From positions 1-64,000 of IMG/VR virus record IMGVR_UViG_3300031994_000079: 64,000 nt of DNA. One strand, 5' to 3'. This DNA comes from a virus. Lineage: Duplodnaviria > Caudoviricetes. The notes under the pieces were generated by a model that was given only the letters and a program-made list of their open reading frames with translations, searched no databases and had not been told where the DNA came from. The position numbers and the translations under genes are program-made. Shown here piece by piece: positions 39,639 to 49,419 of the stretch; positions within the stretch are counted from its first letter, which is position 1, and every line of letters begins with the position of its first letter.

Positions 39639-39941
39639 ATGAATGAATTAACAACCGTAGTATTGAAGTGCTTAATCATAATTATAACCACGGCAATTAC
39701 TGTCGTGATAATTCCTTACATAAGACAGAAAATAGGAGAAGAAAAGTGGTGCAGATTGCAGGAGTATATAGAGTATGCAGTAAGATGTGCCGAACAGATT
39801 TATACTCCAGAAGAGTGGGAACAGAAGAAGAAATACGTCATGGGCTTTGTAATCTGTAAAGCTGAAGAATTAGGTCTGAATATATCCGAGCAGGATATTG
39901 ATATATTAGTAGAAGGCATTGTAAACGCAGTTAAACATTAA
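39639..39941 (+). CDS. Holin, LL-H family
   Basis: N-terminal TM then AVRCAEQIY...KKKYV...IDILVEGIV. Confidence 0.8.
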   Translation: MNELTTVVLKCLIIIITTAITVVIIPYIRQKIGEEKWCRLQEYIEYAVRCAEQIYTPEEWEQKKKYVMGFVICKAEELGLNISEQDIDILVEGIVNAVKH

Positions 39942-39954
39942 GGAGGATTTCAAA

Positions 39955-40350
39955 ATGAAAAGAATTGTAACATTAGCTTTTGTATTATCAATGATTATGG
40001 CTGTACCTGTATTTGCTCAGGAAGTCACCGACCCCGAAAAGGTCATCAAAGAGGAAACCTTTGTTGCAGGTGAAGATGCACTTGCCAACGAGTTCCATAA
40101 TTCAGAGATATGGAGAAGTGAAAACTACGTGAAGTATCTTGATGGCGTTATCTATAATCTTGATGAAGTAGTGAGGATTAAGCAGGAAGTAGTTACCAAT
40201 TATAAGTATCTGGCTCAGTATAATCCGTATTACTATTCGCTTATTCCACAGGCAGAAAGAGATTTGGCACAGGCTAAGTCATGGGTTGAATACTACAAGG
40301 CTTATAAGGTCATCACTCAGAATGATTTAAAGGTCAGATATAAATACTAA
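39955..40350 (+). CDS. Secreted protein with Sec signal peptide
   Basis: MKRIVTLAFVLSMIMAVPVFA-QE, AxA-type cleavage site. Confidence 0.8.
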   Translation: MKRIVTLAFVLSMIMAVPVFAQEVTDPEKVIKEETFVAGEDALANEFHNSEIWRSENYVKYLDGVIYNLDEVVRIKQEVVTNYKYLAQYNPYYYSLIPQAERDLAQAKSWVEYYKAYKVITQNDLKVRYKY

Positions 40351-40362
40351 GGCGGTGAGAAT

Positions 40363-41085
40363 ATGGGGTATACAACATCAACAGCCAAGGCGTTCATAGA
40401 GCGAATAGCACCGCTCATGAAAGCCGAAGCAGAGAAAAGGGGTTACAAGATTGTGTCCACAGCAATCGCACAGGCAGTAATCGAAGGTGCGGCAGGAACG
40501 AGTGTGTTGGCGAGAGATTATCATAACCATTTCGGCTTGAAGTGTGGAAAGAATTGGAAGGGTGCTTCTATAAACATGAAGACCAAAGAAGAATATAAAG
40601 TCGGCACTCTTACTACAATAAAAGATAACTTTAGAGCATATTCCAATGATGAAGAAGGCGTAAGAGGATATTATGATTTCATAAATACAAGTAGATACGC
40701 AAACCTTAAGCAGGCTAAAACTCCATTGGAGTATGCTCAGTTCCTTAAGAAAGATGGATATGCTACATCAAGTACCTATGTAAATACTCTGATAAGTACC
40801 GTCAATAAATACGAGCTTGATAAGTGGGATAAAGAAAAGGTTGTAATTAGTGATGTTACAGATATTGCTATTGAACGTCCCACTTTAAAGAGAGGAAGTA
40901 AGAGCGAAGTAGTAAGAAGCTGGCAGATATTTCTCAACTTACATGGTTACTCTTGTGGTATTGCTGACGGTATATTTGGTGTAAATACAGAAAAAGCAAT
41001 TAAACAGTGGCAGAAAGACCACAATCTAACTGCTGACGGTATTATAGGACCAAAGACCTGGGCTTCATTACCAGTTGTTAATTGA
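40363..41085 (+). CDS. Endolysin: GH73 glucosaminidase plus peptidoglycan-binding domain
   Basis: NHFGLKC, GYATS..Y, C-terminal TLKRGS...DGIFG..TE.A...WQ...L.ADGIIGP.TW. Confidence 0.92.
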   Translation: MGYTTSTAKAFIERIAPLMKAEAEKRGYKIVSTAIAQAVIEGAAGTSVLARDYHNHFGLKCGKNWKGASINMKTKEEYKVGTLTTIKDNFRAYSNDEEGVRGYYDFINTSRYANLKQAKTPLEYAQFLKKDGYATSSTYVNTLISTVNKYELDKWDKEKVVISDVTDIAIERPTLKRGSKSEVVRSWQIFLNLHGYSCGIADGIFGVNTEKAIKQWQKDHNLTADGIIGPKTWASLPVVN

Positions 41086-41139
41086 TATAATATATGATAC
41101 ACTTATATAAAAGTATTATATCAAACAACAGGTGATAAT

Positions 41140-41397
41140 ATGGATAAAAAAGATGTACCATATATAGTACATGAAAGTATCACTACTAAATTGGAACGTA
41201 CTATAGAGAAATTATGGATTTTAGCAATCATTCTTATCTTCCTTTTAGTAGGTACTAACTGTATATGGATTTATTACGAAAGTCAATGGGAAACTATATC
41301 TGTCGAACAAGAAAATACAGACGGTATAAATAATTACGTTGGTAATGATGGAGATATATACAATGGCACGACAGACGATAAAAACAAGACGCCGTAA
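41140..41397 (+). CDS. Single-pass membrane protein
   Basis: TM segment LWILAIILIFLLVGTNCIWIYY. Confidence 0.75.
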   Translation: MDKKDVPYIVHESITTKLERTIEKLWILAIILIFLLVGTNCIWIYYESQWETISVEQENTDGINNYVGNDGDIYNGTTDDKNKTP

Positions 41398-41484
41398 AGT
41401 CGGCGGTGATAGTGGTTATATACAATGCAATATGTGTCATGGCTCTGGCAGAATAAAAAATTGGCGTAAGAAGAAAAAGAAAGC

Positions 41485-41694
41485 ATGATTGAATATACCA
41501 ATACACAGGTATCTAATATAATAGACGAGTATATTCATTCTGAAAGAGATAGAGCCATTCTCAAACGGCGTCTTATTGATGGCATATGTTATGAACCATT
41601 GGCAGAAGAATTTGACCTATCAGTCAGACGAGTTAAAACTATTGTAAAGAATGGTCAGGAGAAAGTCTTTTCTAAGTTATGGCAAAATATTTAA
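41485..41694 (+). CDS. Sigma-70 region 4-like HTH protein
   Basis: RDRAILKRRLIDGICYEPLAEEFDLSVRRVKTIV. Confidence 0.8.
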   Translation: MIEYTNTQVSNIIDEYIHSERDRAILKRRLIDGICYEPLAEEFDLSVRRVKTIVKNGQEKVFSKLWQNI

Positions 41695-42320
41695 TCCACA
41701 GCTGTAATCAACGTCAATGGTATGTTGACAAATATCTTATACCAAATCTTATATCTCAAGGAATCGAAAGAGAAAATATACAAATATTTCAAGATACAGA
41801 ACAATTAGGCAATCTTTTTGCGTTTATTAGAAGTTTGGAAGATTTAAAAGAAGATACATGGCATTTACAAGATGATATAATTCTTTCAACAACTTTCAAA
41901 AAGAGGACCGAAGAGTATGACGAAGGTATTGTTTGTGGTTTTTGCAGTACATACACAAGAAACTTTGGACCGGGTATTAGAAAGCCCAGAGAATTATGGT
42001 GTTCATTTCCATGCATAAGAATACCTAATAAGATAGCACATGAATTTGTTGATTGGTTTTATAAAGATGTTATCCACAATCCGGAATACAGAATGTGGGT
42101 AAGACGTAAAAAGTATGATGATAGTTTATTTAGGATATTCTTAGAAGATAATTATACAGACATGGATATTCTCAATCTCGCACCCAATATTGTGAATCAT
42201 ATAGATTATCTTTTAGGTGGTAGTGTTGTGAATAATGAACGTACTGAAAACAGGGTGACTTCGATATATTGGGAAGAACAAGGATTGTTAGAATATTGGG
42301 AAGGTAGATTAGTAAGATGA
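41679..42320 (+). CDS. Putative GT-A fold glycosyltransferase
   Basis: YLIHSC start, WHLQDD (DxD-like), SFPC, NIVNHID motifs. Confidence 0.6.
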   Translation: MAKYLIHSCNQRQWYVDKYLIPNLISQGIERENIQIFQDTEQLGNLFAFIRSLEDLKEDTWHLQDDIILSTTFKKRTEEYDEGIVCGFCSTYTRNFGPGIRKPRELWCSFPCIRIPNKIAHEFVDWFYKDVIHNPEYRMWVRRKKYDDSLFRIFLEDNYTDMDILNLAPNIVNHIDYLLGGSVVNNERTENRVTSIYWEEQGLLEYWEGRLVR

Positions 42321-42937
42321 AATATATAATCATGTGCGGTGGTAATTATCATACAAAACAGCTTAAATTTTTATCTTGCGTAAAAGGTGAGACTATAGTA
42401 CAAAGAACAATAAGGCTTTTACGACAAACAGGTGTAGAAGATATAGCAATAAGCAGTAACTATAAAAGACTTGAAGGTTTTGGTGTACCTGTTCTTCATC
42501 ATTCCAATAAATTTGATATATACAATCCAAAAACTTATTGGTATGATGCATTTTATCCTACTGATGAACCTGTATGCTATATATTTGGTGATGTTGTATT
42601 TTCAGAATACGCTATAAATTATATAGTAAATTATAAAACAACCAGAATTGAATTTTTTGCGAGTGCTCCACCTTTTCCAAAAAACTATATGAAGAAATGG
42701 GCAGAACCATTTGCTTTTAAAGTTGTAGATACAAAATATTTTTGGGAATGTGTGAATAAAGCAAAACGATGGCAAGATGAAGGTAGATTTTCACGATGGC
42801 CAGTATCTTGGGAATTATGGCAAGTAATACAAAAATCAGAAATAAACAGAATAAAACCAGACTATTGTATTATAAATGATTTCACTTGTGATTGTGATAC
42901 ACAATTAGAAGCAAGGGAAATAGAAAAGTATATGTAA
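42317..42937 (+). CDS. Sugar/choline-phosphate nucleotidyltransferase-like protein
   Basis: YIIMCGG...K.L..VKGETIVQRTIRLL..GV.DI, FGDV, D.D near C-terminus. Confidence 0.7.
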   Translation: MKYIIMCGGNYHTKQLKFLSCVKGETIVQRTIRLLRQTGVEDIAISSNYKRLEGFGVPVLHHSNKFDIYNPKTYWYDAFYPTDEPVCYIFGDVVFSEYAINYIVNYKTTRIEFFASAPPFPKNYMKKWAEPFAFKVVDTKYFWECVNKAKRWQDEGRFSRWPVSWELWQVIQKSEINRIKPDYCIINDFTCDCDTQLEAREIEKYM

Positions 42938-42950
42938 ATTGCACTTTATC

Positions 42951-42982
42951 AGCACCTCAACTTCATTGTTGAGGTGCTTTTA
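42951..42982 (+). terminator. Rho-independent terminator
   Basis: AGCACCTCAAC-6 nt-GTTGAGGTGCT then TTTATT. Confidence 0.85.
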
Positions 42983-43097
42983 TTATGCAAAAATTTATAT
43001 ATGAAAAAGCTAAAAGTAGAACCTATACCAGTTAAAGATACAGACAAATTGCTATGGGTTATAACAGATAATCAAATATTTAAGGCAGTGAGTAAAG

Positions 43098-43475
43098 ATG
43101 TTTGTACAGGTCAATCCCAATCCAGCAGGCAATCTTGTAGGAGATTGTGTAATAAGGGCAATATCAATACTTCTTAATAAGTCATGGGAATATGTATATG
43201 ACGAGATAGTGGAGCAAGGTAGAGAAATGTACGATATGCCATCTTCTAATGCAGTATGGGGAGCTTATCTACATGACTTAGGTTATAATCGTAAAGTTAT
43301 ACCTAATACATGCCCGAACTGCTATTCGATAATTCGATTTTGTCAAGATAATCAACAAGGCGAATTTTTATTAGCTACTGGTACTCATGTAGTTACAGTA
43401 ATTGATGGTGATTACTATGATACGTGGGACAGTGGTGATGAAATACCAATTTATTATTTCACAAAGGAGGAATAG
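43098..43475 (+). CDS. Papain-fold (C39-like) peptidase-like protein
   Basis: GDCVIRAI (Cys), HVVTV (His), DTWDS (Asp). Confidence 0.65.
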   Translation: MFVQVNPNPAGNLVGDCVIRAISILLNKSWEYVYDEIVEQGREMYDMPSSNAVWGAYLHDLGYNRKVIPNTCPNCYSIIRFCQDNQQGEFLLATGTHVVTVIDGDYYDTWDSGDEIPIYYFTKEE

Positions 43476-43477
43476 AT

Positions 43478-43909
43478 ATGCCAAATTTTTATAATCCTTA
43501 TCAGATGTATCCAAATTATTATCAACCTCAAGTTCAGCAACCTCAACAGACACAGACAAATGGTTTTATACCTATATCATCAGAATTAGAAGCGAGAAAT
43601 TATCCTGTTGCGCCCGGCAATAGTGTTACATTCAAAGATGAAAACGCACCTTATATTTATACAAAGACAATGGGATTCTCACAGCTTGACCAACCAATAT
43701 TCGATAAATATAAGCTGATAAAAGAAGAACAAGAAGTGCCAGTTGCAAAAGAACGTATGGACGAACTTAAAAAGCTCAAAGAAGAAATCAAGATGACCGA
43801 TGATGATATAGAAGATTTGAGGAATGAATTGCAGTCTATATGGGGTGAGATAAATGTACTCAAACAACCGAAGAGACTTAATAAGAGAGAAAAGGATGGT
43901 GACGATTGA
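43478..43909 (+). CDS. Conserved protein with Q/N/Y/P-rich N-terminus
   Basis: MPNFYNPYQMYPNYYQPQVQQPQQ, then EARNYPVAPGNSVTF. Confidence 0.85.
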   Translation: MPNFYNPYQMYPNYYQPQVQQPQQTQTNGFIPISSELEARNYPVAPGNSVTFKDENAPYIYTKTMGFSQLDQPIFDKYKLIKEEQEVPVAKERMDELKKLKEEIKMTDDDIEDLRNELQSIWGEINVLKQPKRLNKREKDGDD

Positions 43910-43910
43910 T

Positions 43911-44117
43911 ATGGCAGGCGATATGAATGATTTAATGAATATGTATCAGCAGATGAAAGCTAATCCAATGCAGTTTTTAAGACAGCGGTTTAATATACCA
44001 GATAATCTTAATATGGATAATCCAAATGATATTATACAGCATCTTCTTAACACCAAACAAGTGACGCAACAGCAAGTTAATCAGGCTATGAAAATGAAAC
44101 ATATGTTCAGAGGTTAG
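43911..44117 (+). CDS. Small Q/N/M-rich protein
   Basis: QQMKANPMQFL...NPNDIIQHLLN...QQQVNQA. Confidence 0.8.
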   Translation: MAGDMNDLMNMYQQMKANPMQFLRQRFNIPDNLNMDNPNDIIQHLLNTKQVTQQQVNQAMKMKHMFRG

Positions 44118-44202
44118 AGTGTTGGCCACACTTTAATATATAACCGGCTATTCGCTATAGAGAGTAGTCGCTAACCTAAAATAATTATAGGAGGTAAAAG
44201 AA

Positions 44203-45063
44203 ATGTCATTAACAGACAACGGTAGTAATGGATTAGTTATGCCCGTATCACCTATGTACGGTGGAGGTGGATTTGGCAACGGTTTCGGTGGAGACGGTTG
44301 GTGGATACTGCTTCTTCTTCTGTTCGCAGGTGGTTGGGGTAATGGTTTTGGTGGCTATGGTGGAATGGGTGGCTTTGCCGCTGATGGGGCTATGCTTTAT
44401 CCTTGGATGAACCAGGCAAATCTTACTTCTAATGGTTTCCAGAATCAGATGTTGAATGATAATGTTACCAGTATACGTGATGGTATAGCAAATCTTTCAA
44501 CACAGCTTTGCAACACAGGTTCAGATATTCAGATGGCACTTTGCAATGGTTTTGCTGGTGTAGAACAGGGAGCCAACACAAGACAGATGGCAAATATGAA
44601 CCAGAACTTTGCATTACAGACAGCTATGCTCCAGGGATTTAATGGAGTACAGGCACAGCAGGCAGAATGTTGCTGTGAGAACAGACTTGGTATTGCTAAT
44701 CTTGGTTCAGATATTGCAAGAGAGGCTTGTGCTACTCGTACCAATGATACACAGAATACACAGGCTATTCTTAATACTATCAATGGTGGTATTCAGTCAA
44801 TTAAGGACCAGCTTTGCCAGGATAAGATTGATGCTAAGAATGATGAGATTGCAAACCTTCGTCAGCAGGTAGCTATGAAAGATTTGGCAGCTTCACAGGT
44901 AGCTCAGAATGCCTTTATAGCACAGGGCTTTAGTAATGAAGTTGACCAGTTGTACAACAGACTGAATAGCTGTCCCGTTCCCACAACTCCGGTTTATGGA
45001 CGTACCCCGATTTTCCAGTGCAACAGAAATGAATGTAACTGTAATCAGGGTTTTTATAACTAA
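44203..45063 (+). CDS. Gly-rich membrane/coiled-coil protein
   Basis: GGDGWWILLLLLFAGGWGNGFGG, QCCCE-like AECCCE motif, long heptad region, Cys-containing C-terminus. Confidence 0.9.
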   Translation: MSLTDNGSNGLVMPVSPMYGGGGFGNGFGGDGWWILLLLLFAGGWGNGFGGYGGMGGFAADGAMLYPWMNQANLTSNGFQNQMLNDNVTSIRDGIANLSTQLCNTGSDIQMALCNGFAGVEQGANTRQMANMNQNFALQTAMLQGFNGVQAQQAECCCENRLGIANLGSDIAREACATRTNDTQNTQAILNTINGGIQSIKDQLCQDKIDAKNDEIANLRQQVAMKDLAASQVAQNAFIAQGFSNEVDQLYNRLNSCPVPTTPVYGRTPIFQCNRNECNCNQGFYN

Positions 45064-45075
45064 GGGGGTGTTGGC

Positions 45076-45531
45076 ATGGCAAAGTATGTAACTCCTACTG
45101 ATGCGTTAGTTGCATTAAACGGCACAATACCATTCAGTAGTGTTTCTATCCCTTGCAACACGGGTAATGTAATACCGTTATCCGTAGGGATTCTTAACTT
45201 GAAAGGCAACACACCTAACAGATTTGCACGATATGACGTGACAGTACAGGCAAATATACAGATACCGACAGCGGGCGCAGTAACACCTATAGCAATAGGT
45301 ATAGCCATAAATGGGGCAGTAATCCCTGAGAGTGTGGCAATCTATACACCACAGGCAGTAGAAGAATATGGTCACATAAATACTACGACTACGGTGACTA
45401 TCCCTTGTGGGTGCTGTGCAACCATATCAGCGGTTTATTTTGACGGTACGGAAGATGACCCAGCAACTACGCCCACACCGTCAATCACTGTACGGCGTAA
45501 TGCGTCTATCACAGTTAATAGAACGGCATGA
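45076..45531 (+). CDS. Beta-sandwich (jelly-roll-like) protein
   Basis: Beta-rich composition with CGCC motif. Confidence 0.8.
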   Translation: MAKYVTPTDALVALNGTIPFSSVSIPCNTGNVIPLSVGILNLKGNTPNRFARYDVTVQANIQIPTAGAVTPIAIGIAINGAVIPESVAIYTPQAVEEYGHINTTTTVTIPCGCCATISAVYFDGTEDDPATTPTPSITVRRNASITVNRTA

Positions 45532-45544
45532 AAGGAGAACGGAT

Positions 45545-45931
45545 ATGCAGGTATTATATGACCTTTGTGAACTGCTTGAAGATGAGATACATGATATAGT
45601 CAGAAAGGGTGAAATATCATCTACTGAGCTTGAAGGTGCTTATAAAGCAGTTGACATTATAAAGGATATTAAGACTATAGAAGCTATGGAAGACTACTCT
45701 TATGATGATTATTCTCGCCGTAACTCTTATGACGGTGATAACATGTCTTACAACATGAGCCGTGATAATAGCTATGCACGTAGAGGTCGTGACGGAGATG
45801 GTGATGGCAGATATAGTGAGCGTAGAGGACGTGATGGTCGTGGTCGTTATAGCAGAGATTATAGCGGTGATGACAAACAGCAGATGCTCCAGAAGATAGA
45901 CCAGATGAAGAAACAGATTGAGCAGATGTAA
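45545..45931 (+). CDS. Protein with RG/YSR-rich disordered region
   Basis: RBS AAAGGAG; YSRRNSY...RRGRDGDGDGRYSERRGRDGRGRYSRDYS. Confidence 0.85.
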   Translation: MQVLYDLCELLEDEIHDIVRKGEISSTELEGAYKAVDIIKDIKTIEAMEDYSYDDYSRRNSYDGDNMSYNMSRDNSYARRGRDGDGDGRYSERRGRDGRGRYSRDYSGDDKQQMLQKIDQMKKQIEQM

Positions 45932-45937
45932 TTTTAT

Positions 45938-45966
45938 GGGGGAGCAGAAATGTTCCCCCTATTTTT
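45938..45966 (+). terminator. Rho-independent terminator
   Basis: GGGGGAGCA-GAAA-TGTTCCCCC then TATTTTT. Confidence 0.8.
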
Positions 45967-46285
45967 AAGGAGGATAAAAATGAATAATACTATACTTGAA
46001 TTATCAGATATTTTACCATCTTATGTCGAATATATTTCATTAAAGAAAGAATATCAATTAGGTAATATCTCTGAGAGTAGAGTTATAAAATCATTAAAAT
46101 TCGTATGTATAGAAATAGAAGAATTTTTAAATACCCTCTATAGTTGTACTGATATGAATAAAGAAAGAAAATGTATTATAGATATGATAAATCGCATTTC
46201 TACTGACTTTTCTGAAAAATAAGTCTTTACAAATCATCATAAACGTGTTATAGTATATTTAGATAAAACATCAAGAAAGGAGAGA

Positions 46286-47974
46286 ATGATGGTAAATATA
46301 CGTATTGCAAAATCGACACGTTGTAATGGTGATTGTTCCCTTTATATCACATTCAATTTTAAACGTGAATTAGTAGATACTATAAAATCACTTTGCACAG
46401 AGCGGTTTTACAATAAAGACAAAAAAGAATGGGAGGTCCCACAAGACAAACTTGGCATACTGAAAATTGAATTGGCAAAATATGATAACTTACATATCAT
46501 AGAAGAATATGTGCCAGAAGTTAAAGAGCATGTTGATTTACCGCAAAGTTTTCAGTTTAAGACAAAGCCTTATGAATATCAATCAATTGGTATTGATTAT
46601 GGTCTTAATAATGACAAATGGCTACTCGGTGATGAACAAGGTTTAGGTAAGACCAAACAAGTTATAGACATAGCTGTAGCAAGAAAGCAGTTATACGGCT
46701 ATGAGTATTGTCTTATAATTTGTGGCGTAAATTCATTAAAGTGGAATTGGGTTAATGAAATTCACACTCATTCAAATGAGCAAGCGTTCATATTAGGCCA
46801 GAGAATTAAAAAGAATAAGATAGTTGTAGAAGGTAATCAAGCTAAATTGCAAGATATACTTAAAATGCACGAGAATAGCTTAAATTCGTATTTTATCATT
46901 ACTAATATAGAAACTATGCGTAATGAAGAAATAGTCGCTAATTTAAGCGTTCTGTGTAAGCAGAAGCGTATCTCTATGATAGCAGTTGACGAGATACATA
47001 AAAATAAGAACCCATCAAGTCAGCAGAGTAAAGGTCTTGCTAAATTACATACAGATTGTGAGATAGCTATGACAGGTACACCGCTTATGAACACACCGCT
47101 TGATTTATTCTTTATTCTTAAATGGCTTGGTTATGAAAAACATTCGTTCTATCAATTCAGAAATCATTATTGCTTAATGGGTGGATTTGGTGGATATGAA
47201 GTTGTAGGTTATAAAAATCTTAGTGAATTACAGGAAAGACTTGATAATATAATGCTTAGGCGAAGAAAAGAAGATGTGCTTGATTTACCTGAGAAAACAT
47301 ATGTTGACGAATATGTTGATATGACACCTAAGCAGAAACTTATTTATGATGAAGTTACGGCAAGTATTAAGATGAATATAGACCAAATATCTATTGCGCC
47401 TAATCCTCTTGCAGAACTTATACGAATGAGACAAGCGACAGGATATCCTGGCATACTTTCAAGTAGTATAACTGAGAGTGCAAAGTTGGATAGAATGGAA
47501 GAGATTGTAGAAGATGCAATTTCTAATGACCGTAAAGTTGTTATCTTTTCTAATTGGACACAAATGACTGATGCTATTTGTGAAAGAGTAAAAGAAAAGT
47601 ATCCATTTGTTGTTATCACTGGTGAAACAAAAGATGAATTAAGACTTGCGAATGTAAAAGCATTTCAAGAAGGAGGAGCAAAAGTTATTATAGGAACTAT
47701 CGGAGCAATGGGTACAGGTCTTACACTTCATGCTGGTACAGTTGAAATTTTCATGGATGAACCATGGAATCGTGCTAACAAAGAACAGGCAGAAGATAGA
47801 TGCCATCGTATAGGTCAGAAAAATAATGTAACAGTTCATACCATCATGTGTAAGAATACAATAGATGAGAGAATACATGAGCTGGTATATAGAAAAGGTG
47901 AATTGTCAGATGCTATTGTAGATGGTGTGGTTAAGCAAAATCGAATGGAAGTTCTTGAATATTTATTAAGTTAG
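46286..47974 (+). CDS. SNF2/HARP-family helicase
   Basis: LGDEQGLGKT, VDEIH, MTGTP, QAEDRCHRIGQ; HARP-like N-terminus. Confidence 0.93.
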   Translation: MMVNIRIAKSTRCNGDCSLYITFNFKRELVDTIKSLCTERFYNKDKKEWEVPQDKLGILKIELAKYDNLHIIEEYVPEVKEHVDLPQSFQFKTKPYEYQSIGIDYGLNNDKWLLGDEQGLGKTKQVIDIAVARKQLYGYEYCLIICGVNSLKWNWVNEIHTHSNEQAFILGQRIKKNKIVVEGNQAKLQDILKMHENSLNSYFIITNIETMRNEEIVANLSVLCKQKRISMIAVDEIHKNKNPSSQQSKGLAKLHTDCEIAMTGTPLMNTPLDLFFILKWLGYEKHSFYQFRNHYCLMGGFGGYEVVGYKNLSELQERLDNIMLRRRKEDVLDLPEKTYVDEYVDMTPKQKLIYDEVTASIKMNIDQISIAPNPLAELIRMRQATGYPGILSSSITESAKLDRMEEIVEDAISNDRKVVIFSNWTQMTDAICERVKEKYPFVVITGETKDELRLANVKAFQEGGAKVIIGTIGAMGTGLTLHAGTVEIFMDEPWNRANKEQAEDRCHRIGQKNNVTVHTIMCKNTIDERIHELVYRKGELSDAIVDGVVKQNRMEVLEYLLS

Positions 47975-47985
47975 GAGGTGAGAAA

Positions 47986-48249
47986 ATGGGAGAAAGATTG
48001 TTAAAGATTGAAGAGGTAGCTTTGATGATAGGTGTATCTGTACAGACTATCAATATTTGGTATAAGTGGGCAAGAAGTAATCCCGATAATGATTATGCCA
48101 AATTGCTACCTTCATATAAACAGATGGGTTCAAGACAGACAAGATATTGGACACAATCTGATATATGGAAACTTATCGAGTTTAACAAAGCAATACCACG
48201 TGGCAGAAATGGTGTCATGGGTGATATAACACAAAGGAGGATTAAGTAA
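47986..48249 (+). CDS. MerR/excisionase-like HTH protein
   Basis: LLKIEEVALMIGVSVQTINIWY...RYWTQSDI. Confidence 0.75.
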   Translation: MGERLLKIEEVALMIGVSVQTINIWYKWARSNPDNDYAKLLPSYKQMGSRQTRYWTQSDIWKLIEFNKAIPRGRNGVMGDITQRRIK

Positions 48250-48656
48250 TGGAGTTAACAGGATTCAAAGATTTATCAGAAAGCATTGAAAAGTATGGTA
48301 TCAATAAAGCTGAAATGGATAGCTATAAGAAAATTTGTGATGCCGAAAACAAGAAGATTAAGTCTATAATGGGTGAAGCTAAGTTAAAGACTTATGATTC
48401 GGAAAGCTATACAGCTAAAATAACAGAGGTTGATAAAAGCTATATTGATGAAACTAAGTTGATAGGTGTTATTCACTCTAATAATATTCCCGATAGCCTT
48501 GGCATTATTAAGACGAGAGAGTATATAGATGAGGATGCTTTAGAATCAGCTATATATAACGGTCTCATTTCAGAAGAAGTATTACAGGAAATTACAAATT
48601 GTAAGATACCTAAGACTGAGATTAGACTTAATATTACTAAGAAGAAAGGAGAATAA
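48249..48656 (+). CDS. Hypothetical protein
   Basis: ORF track; TAATG overlap. Confidence 0.8.
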   Translation: MELTGFKDLSESIEKYGINKAEMDSYKKICDAENKKIKSIMGEAKLKTYDSESYTAKITEVDKSYIDETKLIGVIHSNNIPDSLGIIKTREYIDEDALESAIYNGLISEEVLQEITNCKIPKTEIRLNITKKKGE

Positions 48657-48772
48657 GATGATAACTATACCAATAATTCTTTTCGCTTGTGTTTGTGGAG
48701 CAATAGGGTTTGTAACTGGTATAATAGCTATGTTTGTTATAGCCACTATATTATCTAAAAGAGAAAAAGACC

Positions 48773-49024
48773 ATGAGTTGCCAATGTAATGATTGTACTC
48801 AATGTCCTTATGATTATTGCATTGATGAAAATAAGGATAATTATAATTCTGATAAAGTAAAACTTAGGGAATATAATAATCATTATTATCATACCCATAA
48901 AGAAATTATATGCAGTCATGAGAGGGCAAGATACTATTATAAAAAAGAGCATGGTATATGTGTTAAATGTAGTAGACCTGCAACAATTGGATATTATTGT
49001 GAGAAACATATAAGGAGGAAATAA
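48773..49024 (+). CDS. Cys-rich hypothetical protein
   Basis: CQCNDCTQCPYDYC and CVKC...CEKH. Confidence 0.65.
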   Translation: MSCQCNDCTQCPYDYCIDENKDNYNSDKVKLREYNNHYYHTHKEIICSHERARYYYKKEHGICVKCSRPATIGYYCEKHIRRK

Positions 49025-49026
49025 GT

Positions 49027-49242
49027 ATGTACAAAAGCAAGGCAAAGACAACAAAAATTTCAGCGACAAGTAGGGCGGCAGTAAAGATTAGGGACAACTA
49101 CTATACCATTGAAGCTACAGAAGAAAGAAGCATACCTGATGTAGAAGATGTAGAAGTAGATACAGAATGGTCAATGTTGTGGGATTCTGTAAATGCTATA
49201 GTAGATGGTCAGATAGAACAGATTGTAAAAACTTTCAAGTAA
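49027..49242 (+). CDS. Hypothetical protein
   Basis: ORF track; RBS AAGGAGG. Confidence 0.8.
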   Translation: MYKSKAKTTKISATSRAAVKIRDNYYTIEATEERSIPDVEDVEVDTEWSMLWDSVNAIVDGQIEQIVKTFK

Positions 49243-49320
49243 CCTCTTTACTTATGCTTTATGTTATAGTATTATAATTATGTTCAGAGTTGAGTAGAGA
49301 TGTTCAACCCCACCAATAAA

Positions 49321-49419
49321 GTCAGCGAGTTATGACGGAACTCACTGGTTGAGAACTAAATAATTTGCTGACAGTAAAAGCTAACGTATTTGTGCCGTCA
49401 TCACAGTACGTTAGCTTTT
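49321..49419 (+). ncRNA. Structured 5' leader with complementary (kissing) loops upstream of the replication initiator
   Basis: Loop ATGACGG (49332-49338) is complementary to loop CCGTCAT (49395-49401); stems GTCAGC/GCTGAC, GAGTT/AACTC and a 13-bp AAAAGCTAACGTA/TACGTTAGCTTTT. Confidence 0.7.

Noticed and set aside
47986-48249. Lysogeny module (excisionase with integrase)
   Set aside because: Only a MerR/Xis-like HTH is present; no integrase, att-like context or divergent repressor pair is in the window.
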